Of a stretch of DNA of 64,000 bases, positions 63,014-64,000 are shown piece by piece. Source of the stretch: Podarcis tiliguerta (Eukaryota); assembly GCA_965153285.1 (NCBI GenBank), contig OZ229110.1; one strand, written 5' to 3'. The notes under the pieces are model-generated. The model saw only the letters and a list, made by a program, of their open reading frames with translations. It had not been told where the DNA came from and searched no databases. Each line of letters begins with the position of its first letter. Position 1 is the stretch's first letter. A program made the translations under genes and the position numbers.

Positions 63014-64000
63014 AAGGCAGCTTCCCGTGTACATATAGCTAAATCATGTCTGCATGGCTAAGAGACCCATTAAGTTGAATGCAGCCCACTGACAGCATAT
63101 GGCAACCTACCTGGCACCTCATTAAGGCTCTTGATTTTGCTGCCTGCCCTAGTATTACTCCAGAGACTGTGGGGCTTACTGAGAACCAGAGAGGCTGCAT
63201 GACTGATTGAGCTACATGGTCACAAGCTGTGCAAAGTCTGATCAAAACAGTTATGCCAGCCTCAAGAATTACAATGTTATATTGTTATTTATTGCACTAT
63301 GAAAGTATGTATCTGCACAGACAGGCAGCTTGGCAGAATCTCAAGGAGGTAAGCATCTACAGCCCACTGTGTGCATATTATCCTACAATACATTTGAGAG
63401 ATCTAGGCCGTGTTCCAAATGCAAGAGCCTGCAAGAGACTGAGTGTGTGCAGTGGGGCTTAGCTCGCTTTTGATGGTGGAGATGCTTCCAAAGTGTTCAT
63501 GGTTGAATGGAGTCCCAGAAACCCTGCAGTGGAACACGTTCCACAATGAATTGTCCTGGAGATATCTGCAAACAGCAGCCTATTTCTTTTGAAATTTTGA
63601 AGCAGGGTTATGCATCAGCCAAAAATAAGGTGTTAACATTTAAAATATAGAGGAAAAAAAGAGGGGGGAAATAGCATCAAACTTGAATATGGTAACATAT
63701 GCATGGTCACAAATTGAGCAATAACTACTAAGATACTCAAGGCAACTAACAATCTTCAACATTCTGCATGAAAATATCACGCGCGCGCACACACACACAC
63801 ACAAACAAAATGTAATATATACATAAACACAAAAAAGGACTTGCAATTGCCTGCCTAACTGTGTGATCTAATATTTGGCAAGACAAAATATTACCGTTCA
63901 CACCAGCATTATAACTAAGCTTTTCAGTTAAGCCAAGTAAGCTAATCCTGCTGCTTTGGGGAAAGCCTTACACAAACTACAATACTGATGTGTTAGATCA

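Noticed and set aside
42620-64000. Searched for the preceding THSD7B exon (expected ...KPYNGGRPCPKLD..NQ)
   Set aside because: Not found by eye; it probably lies beyond position 64000. A tBLASTn search would confirm.

Overview
Vertebrate genomic DNA, inferred to be from a squamate reptile (probably a lacertid lizard) because of its Sauria SINE, BovB and tRNA/CR1-tail SINE repeats. The whole window lies inside the 3' half of THSD7B (thrombospondin type-1 domain-containing 7B) on the minus strand. I reconstructed ten phase-consistent GT-AG coding exons between 28093 and 1431, several of them missing from the ORF track. I also found a candidate 6-nt Ala-Gln microexon at 42521-42526, in the large upstream intron, with SRRM3/4-type neural microexon architecture. 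The eleven exons total 1329 nt (443 codons) with no stop. The exon upstream of the microexon and the final exons (transmembrane and cytoplasmic) were not found and probably lie outside the window. The remainder is intron: SINEs, LINE fragments, many hAT and Tc1/mariner-type MITEs with readable TIRs and TSDs, possible solo LTRs, microsatellites and several candidate conserved non-coding elements. I saw no prokaryotic-type systems, CRISPR arrays or functional RNA genes. Orthology and repeat-family names come from my recollection of the sequences, not from database searches.
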